A stretch of 64,000 nucleotides of DNA, taken from assembly GCA_043228905.1 (NCBI GenBank), contig JBHGNT010000012.1:7068001-7132000 (forward strand), given 5' to 3'. A model generated the notes under the pieces. That model was not told the DNA's origin, made no database searches, and saw only the letters and a list, made by a program, of their open reading frames with translations. Position 1 is the stretch's first letter; the number at the start of each line of letters is the position of its first letter. Below, one piece after another: positions 25,336 to 38,944 of this stretch. The translations under genes were made by a program, and so were the position numbers. This stretch comes from Azolla caroliniana. Taxonomy: Eukaryota; Plantae; Polypodiophyta.

Positions 25336-28300
25336 TACTCATGTTAATCATCCCCATCTTGTCTTATTGTTCATAAGAGTGTTTCCTCTCCTTCTCTCTC
25401 ACACACACACATATATCACATAACCTGAAAGCGCTGCTTAATCACGCATGTGATTAACTACTCACATAATTAGATATTAATTAACCCTTAATTAATTACC
25501 TAATTATTTACATAATTACCTGAAGCGTCATGGGTAACTGAAGAAGTGTTGCTACAAGTAGGGTTTGAATGGCTACTTGGGCCCTCTACAACAACCGGAG
25601 CCCCTGACTTAGAAACCTCTATGCTATAGTTCCGAGGTCGAAACTCTCTTGAGTAGCGGGAGAGTGTTACAACCGTTAAAATTACATAAAATAGAAGAAT
25701 AGAATATTAAAATAAATCTTAGAAGCACAAACATTTCATCTCATGAACATTTGAGCTCCCAATAAAACTCTATTTAAGGAAGTAGTTGTGATCCTCAAGG
25801 GGGATTCCCGGTGGGGAAGAATGTTGGGATTTCGGTCCCTCCGGATGGGATCTAGTTGAGAACTGGATGAAAGAACCGGATCTGGAAGGGTTCCGGATGG
25901 AATCCAAAAACCAAATCGGATGGACCCGATGAGAACCGGAGGATGGAACATATTTGTAAATATGTTAGAGTAAGCCCACTGAGGCTATATTTGTAAATAG
26001 CCCTAAGGTCATATGAGTATAAATATGACTTAGGGCAATCACAAAAGGAGATTATTATTGTTGTAGAGAGAGAGAGCGAGAGAGTAACTACGAGCACTTT
26101 CTGTTGTAACCGCCGTCTGGCGAAGATCGCGAGCACGAGGTCGTTGCCTCTACGTTTCCACTTTGTATTTCCTCTCATATAGTGATAGTTGGAGTTTGTG
26201 GGCTCTCGTGGTTTTTCCCGTTTAGGTTTTTCCACGTAAACATCCTGTGTCATCTCGGTTTTAGTCTGTTCTCTTCTATTCCTTGTTGAAGACTCGGTTG
26301 TGGCTGAGCGTTATTTCCGCACAAACTGGTATCAGAGCGAACAACACAGGAAATGGAAGAGTCGTTCGGCGGCATGTTCAAGCTCATTGCCTCCTCAGTG
26401 TGGAAGTTGAAGATGAGGGACATGCTCATGATCAAAGATCTCTGGTTGCCGGTACAGTTCGGGGACAAAAAACCAGACAAGATCGATGCCACAACATGGG
26501 AAGTGATGCACATGAAACAATGGCGTACATCTGGTGCTTCATCAACATGAGCTTGTACAACAACTTCAATGAAGAAAGTAAGGCTCATGAACTCTGGGAG
26601 AAGATCGACATCACGTTCCAGAACAAAAATGTCATTAATCGGGTTTCGGTATTCCGGAAGTTACTCTGGCTCCGATACCAAGACTACTCCAGTATGGCGA
26701 AGCACATGAATGCCTTCCCGGGGCTAATGCACCAAGCCACCTCATTGGAAGTACCTCTCGCGGATGAGGTACTCACATTGCTCTTGCTTGGTTCCCTCCT
26801 GGATAGTTGGGAGACGTTAGTTGTCACGTTGGGCAACACCGGGCCGGAAGGAAAGCAGATGTCCCTAACAAGGGTAAAATCAAGCTTGCTAGATGAAGAA
26901 GCTCGCCGAAAGGACTGGGAGTCCGGAACCGATCTGAAGGCCTTGGTTACAAAAGATGACCACAACCGGGGAAGAGGCCGGTATCAAAGTCACCAAAACC
27001 AAGACAAATCAGGAACAAGGTCGAAGTCAAGGGGGAGGCCTACCTGCTTCTACTGTGGGAAGCTGGGGCACTTCTAGAAGAATTGTCGGCATTTCTGGAA
27101 AGAGAAAGGAACCGACAGTGCCGATTCGAAGAAGGGTTTGAACCGAAAAGGGTCGGATCGGAAGGGAACGTCGGCAATCACGACAGTGAAGAAGAATTGT
27201 TGCTCATCACCGAGGAGAATGAGTTAAACCTTGTCGGCGACGAGACAACGTGGGTTGTCGATTCCGGAGTGTTGTTCCACCTGACACCGGACCGGAGGTG
27301 CTTCTCACCCTACACAGCCGGAGATCACAATTGTGTCCGGATGGGGAATGAACAGACCTTAGAAGAAATCATCGGCATAGGAGATGTGTTGTTGACGACA
27401 ACAACTAGATGCAAGTTGCCACTGAAAGAAATCTGACACGTTCCGAAGGTTCGGTTGAACCTAATATTAGTCGGTCGGCTAGATGATGAAGACTACACGG
27501 GTAGCATTCGGGCGGAGTCATGAAATTCAGCAAAGGATGCTTTATCGTGGCTCGAGCCCAGAAGATCAACATGTTGTACCTTATGCATGCCCGGATATGC
27601 TGGGAAGAAATGAACGTAGCATCCGACACTACCGGTGAGCTGTGGCACAAGAGACTGTGTCATATGAGCCAGAAGGGGATGAGAAGACTTGCCGAAGACA
27701 ACCTCATTCCGGAGGTGAAAGATATGTATCTTGAAAAGTGCACCGATTGCTTGGCCGGCAAACAAAACCGAACCTCCTTCCAGTCAAGACCATCGATGAG
27801 ACACAATGCACCATTGGAGCTGGTGCATACCGATGTGTGTCATGTGCACACGAAGTCACATGCCGGATCGCAATACTTCATGACGTTCATAGATGACCAC
27901 AACCGGAAGCTGTGGGTCTCACTGTTGAAGATAAAGGATCAGGTGCTATCCGTCTTCAAGGAGCTCCACGCGAGAGTGGAAAGAGAAACCGGTTGGAAGC
28001 TGAAGGCGGTTCAAGCAGATAATGGAGGAGAATACCGGGGGCAATTCGAGGAGTATTGCCAGTCGAAGGGAATCCGGCTCGAATTCACCATGCTGAAGAC
28101 GCCGGAATTGAACGGGCTGGCCGAACGGATGAACCGGACCATGATGGAGAGAGTCCAGAGCATGCTGGCACATGCAAAATTACCCAAGACGTTTTGGGTT
28201 AAGGCACTGATGATAGTGACCTATGTGATAAATAGATCACCCTCAGGACCCTTGGAAGGAGACTCACCACAGAAAGTATGGACCGGTAAAGATGTATCTT

Positions 28301-30039
28301 ATCGGCATCTGAAGGTGTTCGGGTGTCTCGCCTATGTGCATGTTGCAAAGGACAAGAGAGAAAAGTTGGATTTGAAGTCCAGGCCATGCATATTCCTTGG
28401 ATACGACGATGATGAGTTCGGTTACCGGGTGTGGGATCTTGTCGACAAGAATGTGTTCCGGAGTCGGGACATAGGCTTAATGGAAGATAGGACCATTGCC
28501 GACTAGGAGTAGGAGAAGAAGGTGATGAACTCTGGATCATCCAATGAAAACCGGTTTGAGGACACAAGCACTTACCCGGTTGAAAACCGGATGTTAACCG
28601 GTAACCGGATGAAACTCGACGAACCGGACGGATTCGGAAAGGAAACTGAACCGGAAGACACTGGAACCGGACAAGATCCCAAATCGGATTCAGATGAAGA
28701 ACAAACGGAGGAACCGATAGTCAGAAACCAAGGACAAAGATACCCTCTCAGAGAGAGAAGAGTCCCCCGGAGATTTCCGGATGCATAACACGTATTGCTG
28801 ATCGATGAGGGGGAGCCGGAAAGCTTCGAAGAAGCAAAGAAAGACACCAACAACCACAAGTGGTTAAGTGCCATGCAGGATGAAATAGATTCCCTACATG
28901 AGAACCACACATACAAACTAACGGAGTTGCCGAAAGGAAAGAGGGCACTCTGGAACAAGTGGGTGTACAAGCTGAAACCGGGAGATGCTAGAAATCCACC
29001 AAGGTACAAAGTCCGGATCGTGGTGAAGGGGTTCCAGTAGAAGAAAGGACTGGATTTCGATGAGATCTTCGCCCCAGTAGTAAAGATGACATCCATCCGG
29101 ATGGTATTGAGCATAGTGGCAAGCATGGACTTCGAGGTAGAGCAAATGGACGTCAAGACAACATTCCTACATGGCCATCTCAAAGAAGAGATCTACATGC
29201 ATCAACCGGAAGGATTTGAGAGGAAAAGGAAGGAGCGCCTAGTATGCCGGCTAAAGAAGAGATTATACGGATTGAAGCAAGCCCCCCGGCAATGGTATCG
29301 GAAGTTCGACTCCTTCATGACGGATCAAGGGTACCACAAGACGCAAGCTGATCACTCCGTGTTTGTGAAGAAATTTGACGAAGGAGATTTCTTGATATTG
29401 CTCCTGTATGTGGACGACACGTTGATTGTCGGACAAGACCAAGTCAAGATATGAATGCTGAAGAAGGCCCGGAACCAGACTTTCTCAATGAAAGATTTGG
29501 GTCCGGCAAGATAGATATTAGGGAGCACATAATCCGGGACCGATCAGAGAAGCTATTGTGGTTGTCACTGTTATTCTCTGACTGGACAAGGCCTAACACA
29601 AGGTGTCACGGAGACACTTCACCAAAGGGTGATTACGGCATAGGATTATGACTCAACGATTACACCGACCTAAGTAGGTTACACGATTAGAGCGCTTTTG
29701 TTAATTACACGCGTAAGATATAACAGTAAGTACGGAACGGAAATCAACACAGAAGTATAAACACCATACGCTCTATTAATTATCCGCTGCGATTACAATG
29801 GGCTCCGGGCCTTTAAATAGGTTTCCGGCCCGTAGTACAAAACGGTGCCTATCGCACCTATTCGGGATCCGTCCGGATCTGGAACGACATACCGTTTCCA
29901 GTCCGTCCGTCCACACTATGCTTATTTACAACCATACTTAATTAATTCCTTCACTCCGTATTTTGGACTCCTTGCCGGCCGGTAACACATGGCACGCCCG
30001 TGGGACAGTACCTTGTACGTCGAACCCTTCTCGGCCCCT

Positions 30040-33009
30040 TCATTGTTCACCCAAATTGTCCAAAATACTTTGTTCCAGAGTTTCCAATTGTTCTTCCGGT
30101 TGTGGTTGTTGCGGCTGTGCTTGCTGCTGCTGCTGTGGTTGCGGTTGGGACTGAGACTGCTCCAGCTGCTCTATAGGCGGCTGCTCCGTTTGTTTCTCTG
30201 ACTCCGGCATCCCCGTTTGACTGCTTCCGGTCCGGTCTCCTTCCAGTAACGGGTCCTCATCACTGAGGTTGACCGTTACTGGTTCTCGTGCTTTCTCTTC
30301 CCGGATCCGGGACCTCTCGTAGCTTTCAAACTGGATCTGCGCCTCCAGCCTGTCGTCGTCCAGCTGAGCTACAAGTTGCCGGACTTGCCCTAGTTGGTCC
30401 TCTACCAAGGCTTGAAAGTCTTCGGCCAGCTCATCTCTTATGTCGGTGAAGTCTTCGGAAGTCAGCATATAGCAATCATCTCCCTCCTTCCGCCGGTTCT
30501 CTACGTCGGCCCGGAGCAATTGGAGTTCCGCCGCGTTCGGGGCCCACTTGGTCCACCATTTGACGGAACTGTTGTCAATCAAGCTCTTGGTCTGGTTCAA
30601 CTAGGCCCGCATGATATCCTGGATGCGACTTGCTCCCATTTGCGCTCTACTTTCCACAACTTGTCGTTCCTCCTTCAACTGCTTGATGAGATTAGCCGTA
30701 TCCTCCGCCTGCTCTCTGTAGCGCGTCAACTGCCCTTGATATGTTGTTTGCAGCCTCTGCAGTACCTCCGCCGCTCTTTCTTTTTCCGCCTGCTGTTGCC
30801 TGAGGAGCTCTGTCCGAACCTTCTCCGCCTCTTCCAACCGTCTTCTGGTTTCCGCTTGTTCCTTAGCGTATGCCGTTGCGGTCCGATCAACTGCTTGCCG
30901 GAGCTCATCCGTCCGTTCCTTGTGCTCCGTTTGCAACCGTTTATACTCCCGGTGCAAGTGCTCAAATTCCTCCGTTTTTTGTTTGAGCTTGCCGTTGATC
31001 TGGCGATGGTTCCGGTCCTCCCGGTCCTTTAGCTGCCGGAGTTCCTCTTTCAGGCGCTCTACTTCTGTTTCGGCGTTTCTCCAGAGCCTGTCCTTCTCTT
31101 GCAGCATTTTCTCCTTCTCCTCCTTGAGCCGGTCGTACGCTTGGTGGCCTTTTCGTAAGCTCTCCTCGGCCCGGCGTAGATTCTCAGCAGTCTTTTTGAG
31201 TTCTGCCTCCGCTGCCGTCTTCAACTCTCTTTCGCGGCTCCTCAGCGCTTCTTGGGCAGCTAGCTCATCCTTTAAGTCCGCAAGCTCTTGGGCTTGTGCC
31301 GCATTTCTCTCCGGAACGGTTTCCGTTGCCGGGGTCTGATTGCTATGTACAGGTTGATCTGACGCTTTATTCTGTACATTGCCCGGAGTCACCGGTGCTT
31401 GGACTTGTGTTGTCAAAGCCAATTGAGCCATTTCCCTTGTGACCCTATCCAAGTCTTGTTCAAGGCTCCGGATTCTGGACCGGGCCGTCTCTAGATCTAC
31501 GGTTGTGACGAGCAAACGTTCGTGGTGCGCTCTCTCCTCCGCCTCTATGTACTCGACCGCTCCGGCGATCTGCTCGCCTACCCACCGTAGCCACATGCTA
31601 CTGGTGCCTTGCTACTGTACTGGTCGGGTCGGCTCGTTCACTGTGGAATTGTCTGGCCTGAGTGCCTGTATCTGTTGTTCTGGTTCTACTCCTTGGCCGC
31701 TGTGTGTGCTGGCTGGGATCGCCGGCTGTTGAGTTCCGGTTCTCGCCGTCTCCGGAGCCGTTGGAATGACTTCTTGTATAGAAGTCGACAAGGCCGGTTC
31801 TATACGCACCGGTTCCGGTTCCTCCCTTGTGGTTTGCTCAGGTTGAGTTGGGGGCGTTTCTTCCTTTTGCGGGTCCGAACGCTCCCCCGCTGTCCCGGCG
31901 GTCCTACTTCTTGACCGTCGTTGGAGGTGCTCTACTGGCTCCTCCGTTTCCTCTTCCTGGGTAACGGCATGTATCTGTGCCGTCAAGGGTTCCGGTTCCT
32001 TCTGTCCCGGTCGCCGTATGGTTATCTTAACGGGTCGAACCGGTGACACCTCCTCCGGTTCTAGGAGCCGTTTCTTCCCTTTCGTCGCCTTCGACGCCAG
32101 CAGCTGCTGTCGTTTGGACGCGGGTTTCGAGGTGCTTCCTTCCGATAATCTTGGCCGCTTCTTTGGCTGGACGGTCTCGACCGGCGGCGCGAGCAATGTT
32201 ATCCACTGAGCTACGGCATGCCACAGCTTCCGGCCCTCCTTGCCGTCCTTTCCTCGTACCGTGTCGATTGCCGCGCACAAACCGTCTGCAATCAACACCG
32301 GCCAATCCACCTTGATCCCTTCATAGGTGGCTATGATCATCCATGCCCGATTTTTTGGCATGACAGGGGGTCGGGGGTACACGTGGCCGTACTCATGGAG
32401 CACTCGAGCTATCTCCCTGAATAGCGGATCTTCGCCGCCCTGCGTTCGATAGCCTTTGCCAGCTAGAGAGTACTCTCCGAAATATCGGATGAGTTGCTCC
32501 GAGGTTGGGTTATCGATCTTAAAAGTACCTCCCTCCGGAAGGCCTGTTAGCGCACGGATCGCTTCCTCGGTGATGACTTCTGTGTCGAGCTCCTTGATGA
32601 CCCGGTCGGCTTCTTTGTGCGGTGATGCCTCCATGATGGTCAAGAACCCATCCAGTCCGTGTTGCCTGAGCCATTTCCTGGCCGCTTCCGACAGCATTTG
32701 TGGTTCCATGTCTGCTTCGAGGTCGAGGAAAGATGGCGAGGTAGAGTGGTGATGAGAGTGAGAGCGAGAGAGAGAGAGTTCCGAACGTGGGGGTTCTCTG
32801 AGTGCAGGTTCGCGTTTGCTAAGCTTCCACTGCCTTGGTGCTTCTGTGCTTCTTGGCTCGCAAAATGAAAAGGTCTCCATGCGTTCTGCTTTTTCTCTGT
32901 GCGTCTTGGCGCCTTTTCCGAGCATGCGCACGTCGTGTACCAATTTAGTATTAAGTAATGTGGCGGCTCTTAAATGCCCACTACGTACCTTTTCGCTCCT
33001 TGCTTTCAC
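30040..33009 (-). pseudogene. Large accessory ORF downstream of integrase (~990 codons, two in-frame TAGs)
   Basis: ORFs 31612-33009, 30601-31596 and 30040-30600 share one frame: a globular N-domain (ITEEAIRALTGLPEGG...GIKVDW), a long coiled coil and a conserved C-domain. Confidence 0.8.
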
Positions 33010-33073
33010 GTCCGTTCATACCTCAATTTTTAATGTTTTTTTTTTTTTTTAAAATAAATGACGGTATGTGATC

Positions 33074-36000
33074 TTACACATCGGTAGGTCCCTTCGGACC
33101 CTTACCGTTTTCCTTACGGGTTGCCGTGTCTTCCTTCGCCTCTGCTACGGGTTCCCCGTCGTCTTTTTCTTCCATCCGTACCATTCCCGGTATAGTGCCG
33201 GTGGGCTGCATAAACGGGTTATTTGGCATCGGTCCTTTATAGGGCTTTAGTCTAAATCCGTTGACCCACTTGCCTAGCACTTCACCGGCAAGTGTCCCTA
33301 ACTGATAGGACCCGTTGTATTCCCGTGTTAGCCAATACGGGCCTGTCCATCTAAACCGGAGTTTACCCGGCATCTTGCCCATCCTCGTTTGGAATACTAG
33401 CACCGGCTTTCCGATTTCGAACATTTTTTCATTACCTTTCCGGTGACGGTCAACGAACGCTTTCCGTCGTCGTTGCTCCAGTTCCATGTGTAGGATGCTG
33501 GCCAGCCGTTGCTCCTCCAGTTCGCATAGTGCTGCTAGCCGCATTTCCTCCGACTCCTTTTCATTCAGCCGTTCCCGTAGTTGGATCCGTAAGCTTGGTA
33601 CCTGAAATTCCACCGGCATGACCGCCTCTAAGCCGAACGCTAACCGGAACGGCGTTGTCCGGATACTTGTTTTGTGTGCCGTTCGGTACGCCCATAGCGC
33701 GCTATGGAGCTTTGTATCCCAGTCCGTCCGGTTTTCATTGACGATTTTGCGGAGAATGTTCTGGAGCGTTTTGTTGGTTGACTCTGCTAACCCGTTTGCT
33801 TGTGGGTAGTACGGTGTGCTCCGTTTATGGACCACGGCATAGAACGTTGTTAAGCTTTCAACTACCTGGCCGAGGAAGTACCCTCCTTGGTCGCTGATTA
33901 ATTCAATCGGACATCCATATCGGCACCAAATGTTTTCGTACAGGAATTTTGCTGTGGATGACGCGGTGTTGTCTCTCAAGGCCTTAGCCTCCACCCATTT
34001 AGTGCAATAATCTGTTGCCACGATGACATAACGATTACCCGTTCTCATTGCCGGTGGCTTGAACGGTCCGACAAAATCCAACCCCCACTTCTGGAATGGC
34101 TCTAGTGGAAGTACCGGTTGGTGTGGCATCCGTGCTTGCTCCGTAGGCTGGCCCATTCGTTGGCATAGGTCACATTCCTTAGCATACTTGACGGCGTCTT
34201 TTAACGTCGTGGGCCACCATAAGCCGCTCTGCCATACTTTCCTTGCCGTCGCTTCCCCGGCATAGTGTCCTCCGGCAACCCCACAGTGTGCTTCCCGTAA
34301 GATTACTTGTTTCTCGTCACTACGGACTGCCCGTCTCCATATTCCATCTGCTCCCTTGTGGTAGAGAGTGTCCCGTAACAGACAGAAATTGCGGCTCTGC
34401 ACCGCCAGTCGTTTCCTCTCGTCCCGGTTCATTTCCTCCGGTGGCAGGCCCGTGGTTAGGAACTGGTGCATGTTTGTCAGCCACCTATCTTCTGATGCCA
34501 CCGTGTCGTCCGCTGCCGTTTCCGGGGTGATACGGAATAACTCTGCGTCCGGGAATTCATCCGATACTCTGTCGCCTGATTCTCCAGTCTCTAACCGGCT
34601 CAGGTAGTCTGCTACGGCATGCTGGATACCGGGCCGGTGGAAGATCTCGAATTCGAACTCTTGCAACAGCAAGGTCCAACGGGCCAACTTACCAGTCAGG
34701 GACGCCTTGGACACCAAGTACAGGAGCGCCGAGTGATCCACATGAAAGGAGAACTTCCTTCCCAATAGGTAATGACGAAACTTTGTGACACTGTAGATCA
34801 TGCCCAGGGCCTCCCGTTCCGTCGTCGAATAGTTCTTCTCCGCTTGGGACAGCTTCCGGCTGGCGTAATATACCGGCCGGTACCATTTAGCCTCCGTAAG
34901 TTGCATTAAGGCGCTGCCGATAGCGATGTCGGAAGCGTCAACGAACACATGAAATTCCTTGCTCCAATCCGGAGGCTGCACGACGGGTGCTTGCGACAAA
35001 AGTACCTTCAGGGCATTGTATGCCTTATCCTCCGTATCCGTCCATTGGAACGGTGTCCGATGTACCGCGGTGTGTAATGGTGTAGCCAAGTCAGCCAAGT
35101 GACGGAGCATCCGGCTGTGCCACCGGATCTATCCTAAGAATCGGCTTAGTGCTTTGGCCGTTTTCGGCGCCGGTGCCCCTAGTATCGCGTTTACTTTGTC
35201 CGGGTCGACCGCAATGCCCTCCTTACTTACAATATGTCCCAGTAATATTCCACTTGAAACCCCAAAGATGCATTTTGCTGGGTTTAAGCTTAGCCGGTAT
35301 AACCTACACTTTTCAAGGCATAACCGTAGGTGCTGCGAATGGTCTTTTTCCCGGCCATAGACTGCAAAGTCATCCAGGAAAACCTGCATGAAGGCTGGAA
35401 TGTATTCACCGAAGATCTCCATGATGATTCGCTGGAAAGTTGCTGGTGCCGTTTTTAGTCCGAACATCATTACTACGGCCACAAACACCCCCCATTCGGT
35501 GACGAACGTTGTCTTCTCCTGGTCGTCAGGGTGCATCCGGATTTGATTGTATCCGCTGAACCCGTCTAAAAAGCTATAAACTTCATGGCCGGCGACGGCA
35601 TCCAGTACTCCATCCGTGAACGGAAGAGGGAATGCATCCATAATTGTGGCTGCATTTAGTTTCCTGTAATCTACACACACTCGGATTTTACCGTTCTTCT
35701 TTGGGACGACGACGATGGGGCTCAGCCACGTCGCTTTCTTTACCGGCCGGATGAAGCCCACTCTTAGGAGTTTGTCGATTTCCTCCTTCACTTTGGCGGC
35801 GTAGTTGGGGTTCATTCGGTAACGTCTTTGTGCCACTGGTTTCGCGTCCTTGCCTAAGTGGATCTGATGCTGATATAATTGAGGGTCCAGCCCTCGCATG
35901 TCTTCGTATGACCAGGCGAATACGTCGCGAAACTCCGTGAGAAGTTTGATCATCGCCGCTTTATCTTCCGGCTTCATTTCTTTGGCGATGTGTACCGGCT

Positions 36001-38944
36001 TTGATTCGTCCTTGCTTCCTAGGTTCACTTCGTCGAGCTGGGATGTTTTTACCCGTTGGGAAATGGCCATTTCCCGTTCCAACGCTTCCTGTGCTTGCCG
36101 TAATTCCCGAATCGAATCTTTGTCTGGTTCGGCTTCGGTTTCGTCCCGCTGCGGCAAGTATGGCGCTACGGCTTCAGCTACGTCAATCTCGAAGAGTGGT
36201 ACGATCTTCGGGTGTTCGTCCAAGTACTGGGCTTCTTCGTCGTCTACCAACCCTTCAAGCATATTCACGCATTCCGCATACAGCGGTGTGCATTCCTTAC
36301 CGTTGCTCGTCCGTGTTTGTGTCGGTACCCGGACCTTGGCTTTTCCGCGCCGGAAGGTAATCATATTTTTCCGCCAATTTTGCTTGATGTGTGCTGTTTT
36401 CAACCATGGTCTGCCCAGCAACAGTGGGTACGCGCCTTGCGCCTGTAGCTGCAGCACGACAGCCGAGATGTGAAATGTGTGACCTCCTATGGTGACTTCC
36501 AATTTCCGTATTAAGCCCGTCGGCCGTACAGAGCTCGTATCCGCCATCCGTAGCTAGAACGGACATGGCTCCCATTCATGTATACCCAAGGCATCACACG
36601 TGCGGAGGCTTATTACGTTCACCCCGGAACCTCCATCGATTACTGTGCCGGGAAGTTCGTGCCCTTTGACAATAGCTGTAATCACCGGACTACTAGTGTC
36701 CACCACCGTCGGTCCCTCCTCCGGATTCGAGAAGAGGACTGGTGCCGGTGGGGCTATACCGTTTGTCATGACCGTTTTTAGTCCTTCCGTAAATCGCGGC
36801 ACGAGCTGCAAGAGTCTTCCTAATGGCAACGTGATCTGACATTCTTGCAGTGCTTGCCATGTCTCGTTTTCTGCGTGGCTACCGCCGGCACTCCCTATGG
36901 TATTCGCCTTTTGCCGTTCCGCGTCCGCGACGTTCCTTTCATTGGCTTCCTTCACCCATTCCGTCGCCTGTTTTCGTATGGCCTCTTGTGTTTCCCACTC
37001 TTTGGCCATGCCTTTCGACCGTGTGGTTACTTGCTGTACATCCGCCACTTCCGGAACCACCATATTAACTGTTGGTCGTTTATCGTAGCTCTTTGTCGGG
37101 CACTGGTTACTGTAGTGGCCTTCCTGCCTGCAGTAATAGCAGTACTCTTTACGGGTATTGCTGGATTCAGCATTGCTGGTAGCCGGAGTCGGTCCCGTAG
37201 TGAGTGGTGCGTTCTGTGCCGGTTGGCTCCTTGGGGTTCCATGTTCCGGGTCCCTAGGGTGACCACCTTTCTTGAAATTACGTTTCTTATTATTCTTATT
37301 TTTATTTCGGTTGTCCTGTCGTGGTGGATCGTAACATCGGCCGTAGTCCTCCTGGTGCCTTCGGTATCCAGGGGAATGGTCTCTGTCGTATTGCTCGTGT
37401 CGTCTGTTGGACTCCCGATAACGGTCCGATCGCTCATACCGGTCGTAGTTATCATGCCGATCCCCGTACCGGCCATCATTCTCTTGTCTATCTCCGTACC
37501 GGACATCCTGTGCCGGTCGGTACCGGTTCATTCTTTGCCAACGATCGTCATCTTCGTCTCGGCTGCTTCTTGGCTCGATCCGTCGGACGGGTGGTGCTTG
37601 TCGGTTTAATAGGTTATACTCGCACCGGTCCGTTGTATGACTCTTGGATTGACAAATCACACACTGGGTTCGCATGGTGCACTCCACTGCCGAGTGTCCG
37701 GCATTCAAGCAGATTGTGCATTGAATTGCCTGCCGGAACCGGAGATCTTCATCGGTGGGTAACGCCCGTTGCAGTGTTCCCAGTGTAAGCCATGAGCTTG
37801 ACTTTTCCATTTCTCTGACCCGGTCAATGACCTGGTCAATGGTGCTTCCTCGAAAGTCGATTACCGTACACACCGTGCGTAACGGTTCCCGGAGTGCGTT
37901 TAAAAATATCGTCCGTAATTCCTCCTCCGGGGGTGCACGGGCAAGCTGGCTATGCATTCGTTGGAAACGGATGACGAATTGGGGAATGCTTTCCCCTGCC
38001 TCCTGTCGGATCGTATAAAACAGGCCCACCATTGTCGTCTGGTCGACCTCCTTGTGGAAAAAATGCAAGAATTTTGCTTTTAATTCTGCAAAGGTTGTGA
38101 TGGTCGCCGGGTCCTGCGTCCGCCGCCATCGTGCCGCTGGTCCTTCCAACGTGACCCCGAATTCCGCTATCTTCGAGCGTTCTTCTTCCTCCGGTGTCAT
38201 TCGCTGGGACGCGTGATTTGCTTCCCATGTCTGCTCGAAGGCATGAACATGAGCTTCCGCGTCCGGATCATCGCGATACTTTGAGTATTGGAACGGCATG
38301 TCGTCGTCCAGTATTAGGCCGCGGTTTAGTGGCGTTTGTTGATATCTTTCCGGTTTTCTCTCCGGTTCCACTTCCGGTTCTTTTGCCGGTGCTTTTTCCG
38401 GTTCCTCTTCCGGTTCTTTTTCCGGTTCCTTCACCGGCTCTTCTTCCGGTACCTTCGCCGGCTCTTTCATTGGTGTCGGTGGCTTTGCTTCTTCCACTTC
38501 CGGTGTTGGTGGGTTGACGGCTTCCGTTTGCGGTTCCGGATAGCCCTGGTCGAACGGTTCCGGTTCTGGAGTCGGCACGGTATCCGACCCGTCGTCCTCC
38601 GGGCCGCCGGGGGTATCGTTGCTGCTCCGGTAGTTCGTGTGCACGCTGTATCCCCCTTCGGAATCCGATTCGTAGGCTGAAAAGGCTTCTGCCTCGTTTT
38701 CTCCGCTTGCCAGCGCCTCGAGGAGGCGTTCGGTTTCCCGGAGACTACTTAGACCGCTTCCGTCGTCCTGGTCGCGAGTTTGCTGTAACCGAAGAGATTC
38801 CTCCGCGACTCTCCGGATCTCGTTGGAGAATTAACGATCCGAGCGAATTTCGTGCGCTGCTTGCTGGAAAGTCTCACGCCGTCTTTGCCGTTCGGCGAGG
38901 CGTCGAGCTCGGTCTGTAACCAGGTCGTGCGTTGGTCTCGTCAT
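33074..38944 (-). pseudogene. gag-pol: Ty3 gag-pol in a single frame with three premature stops
   Basis: One frame throughout: CCHC knuckles, PR VIDGGSG, RT WLSPIVVVPKKNG...FLDD, RH VDASDIAIG...YSTTERE, INT HHCC + DDE. No chromodomain or archaeal-type RH seen. Confidence 0.93.

Noticed and set aside
30394-38680. Plus-strand ORFs antisense to the Ty3 ORFs
   Set aside because: Shadow frames of GC-rich coding DNA with no recognisable motifs.
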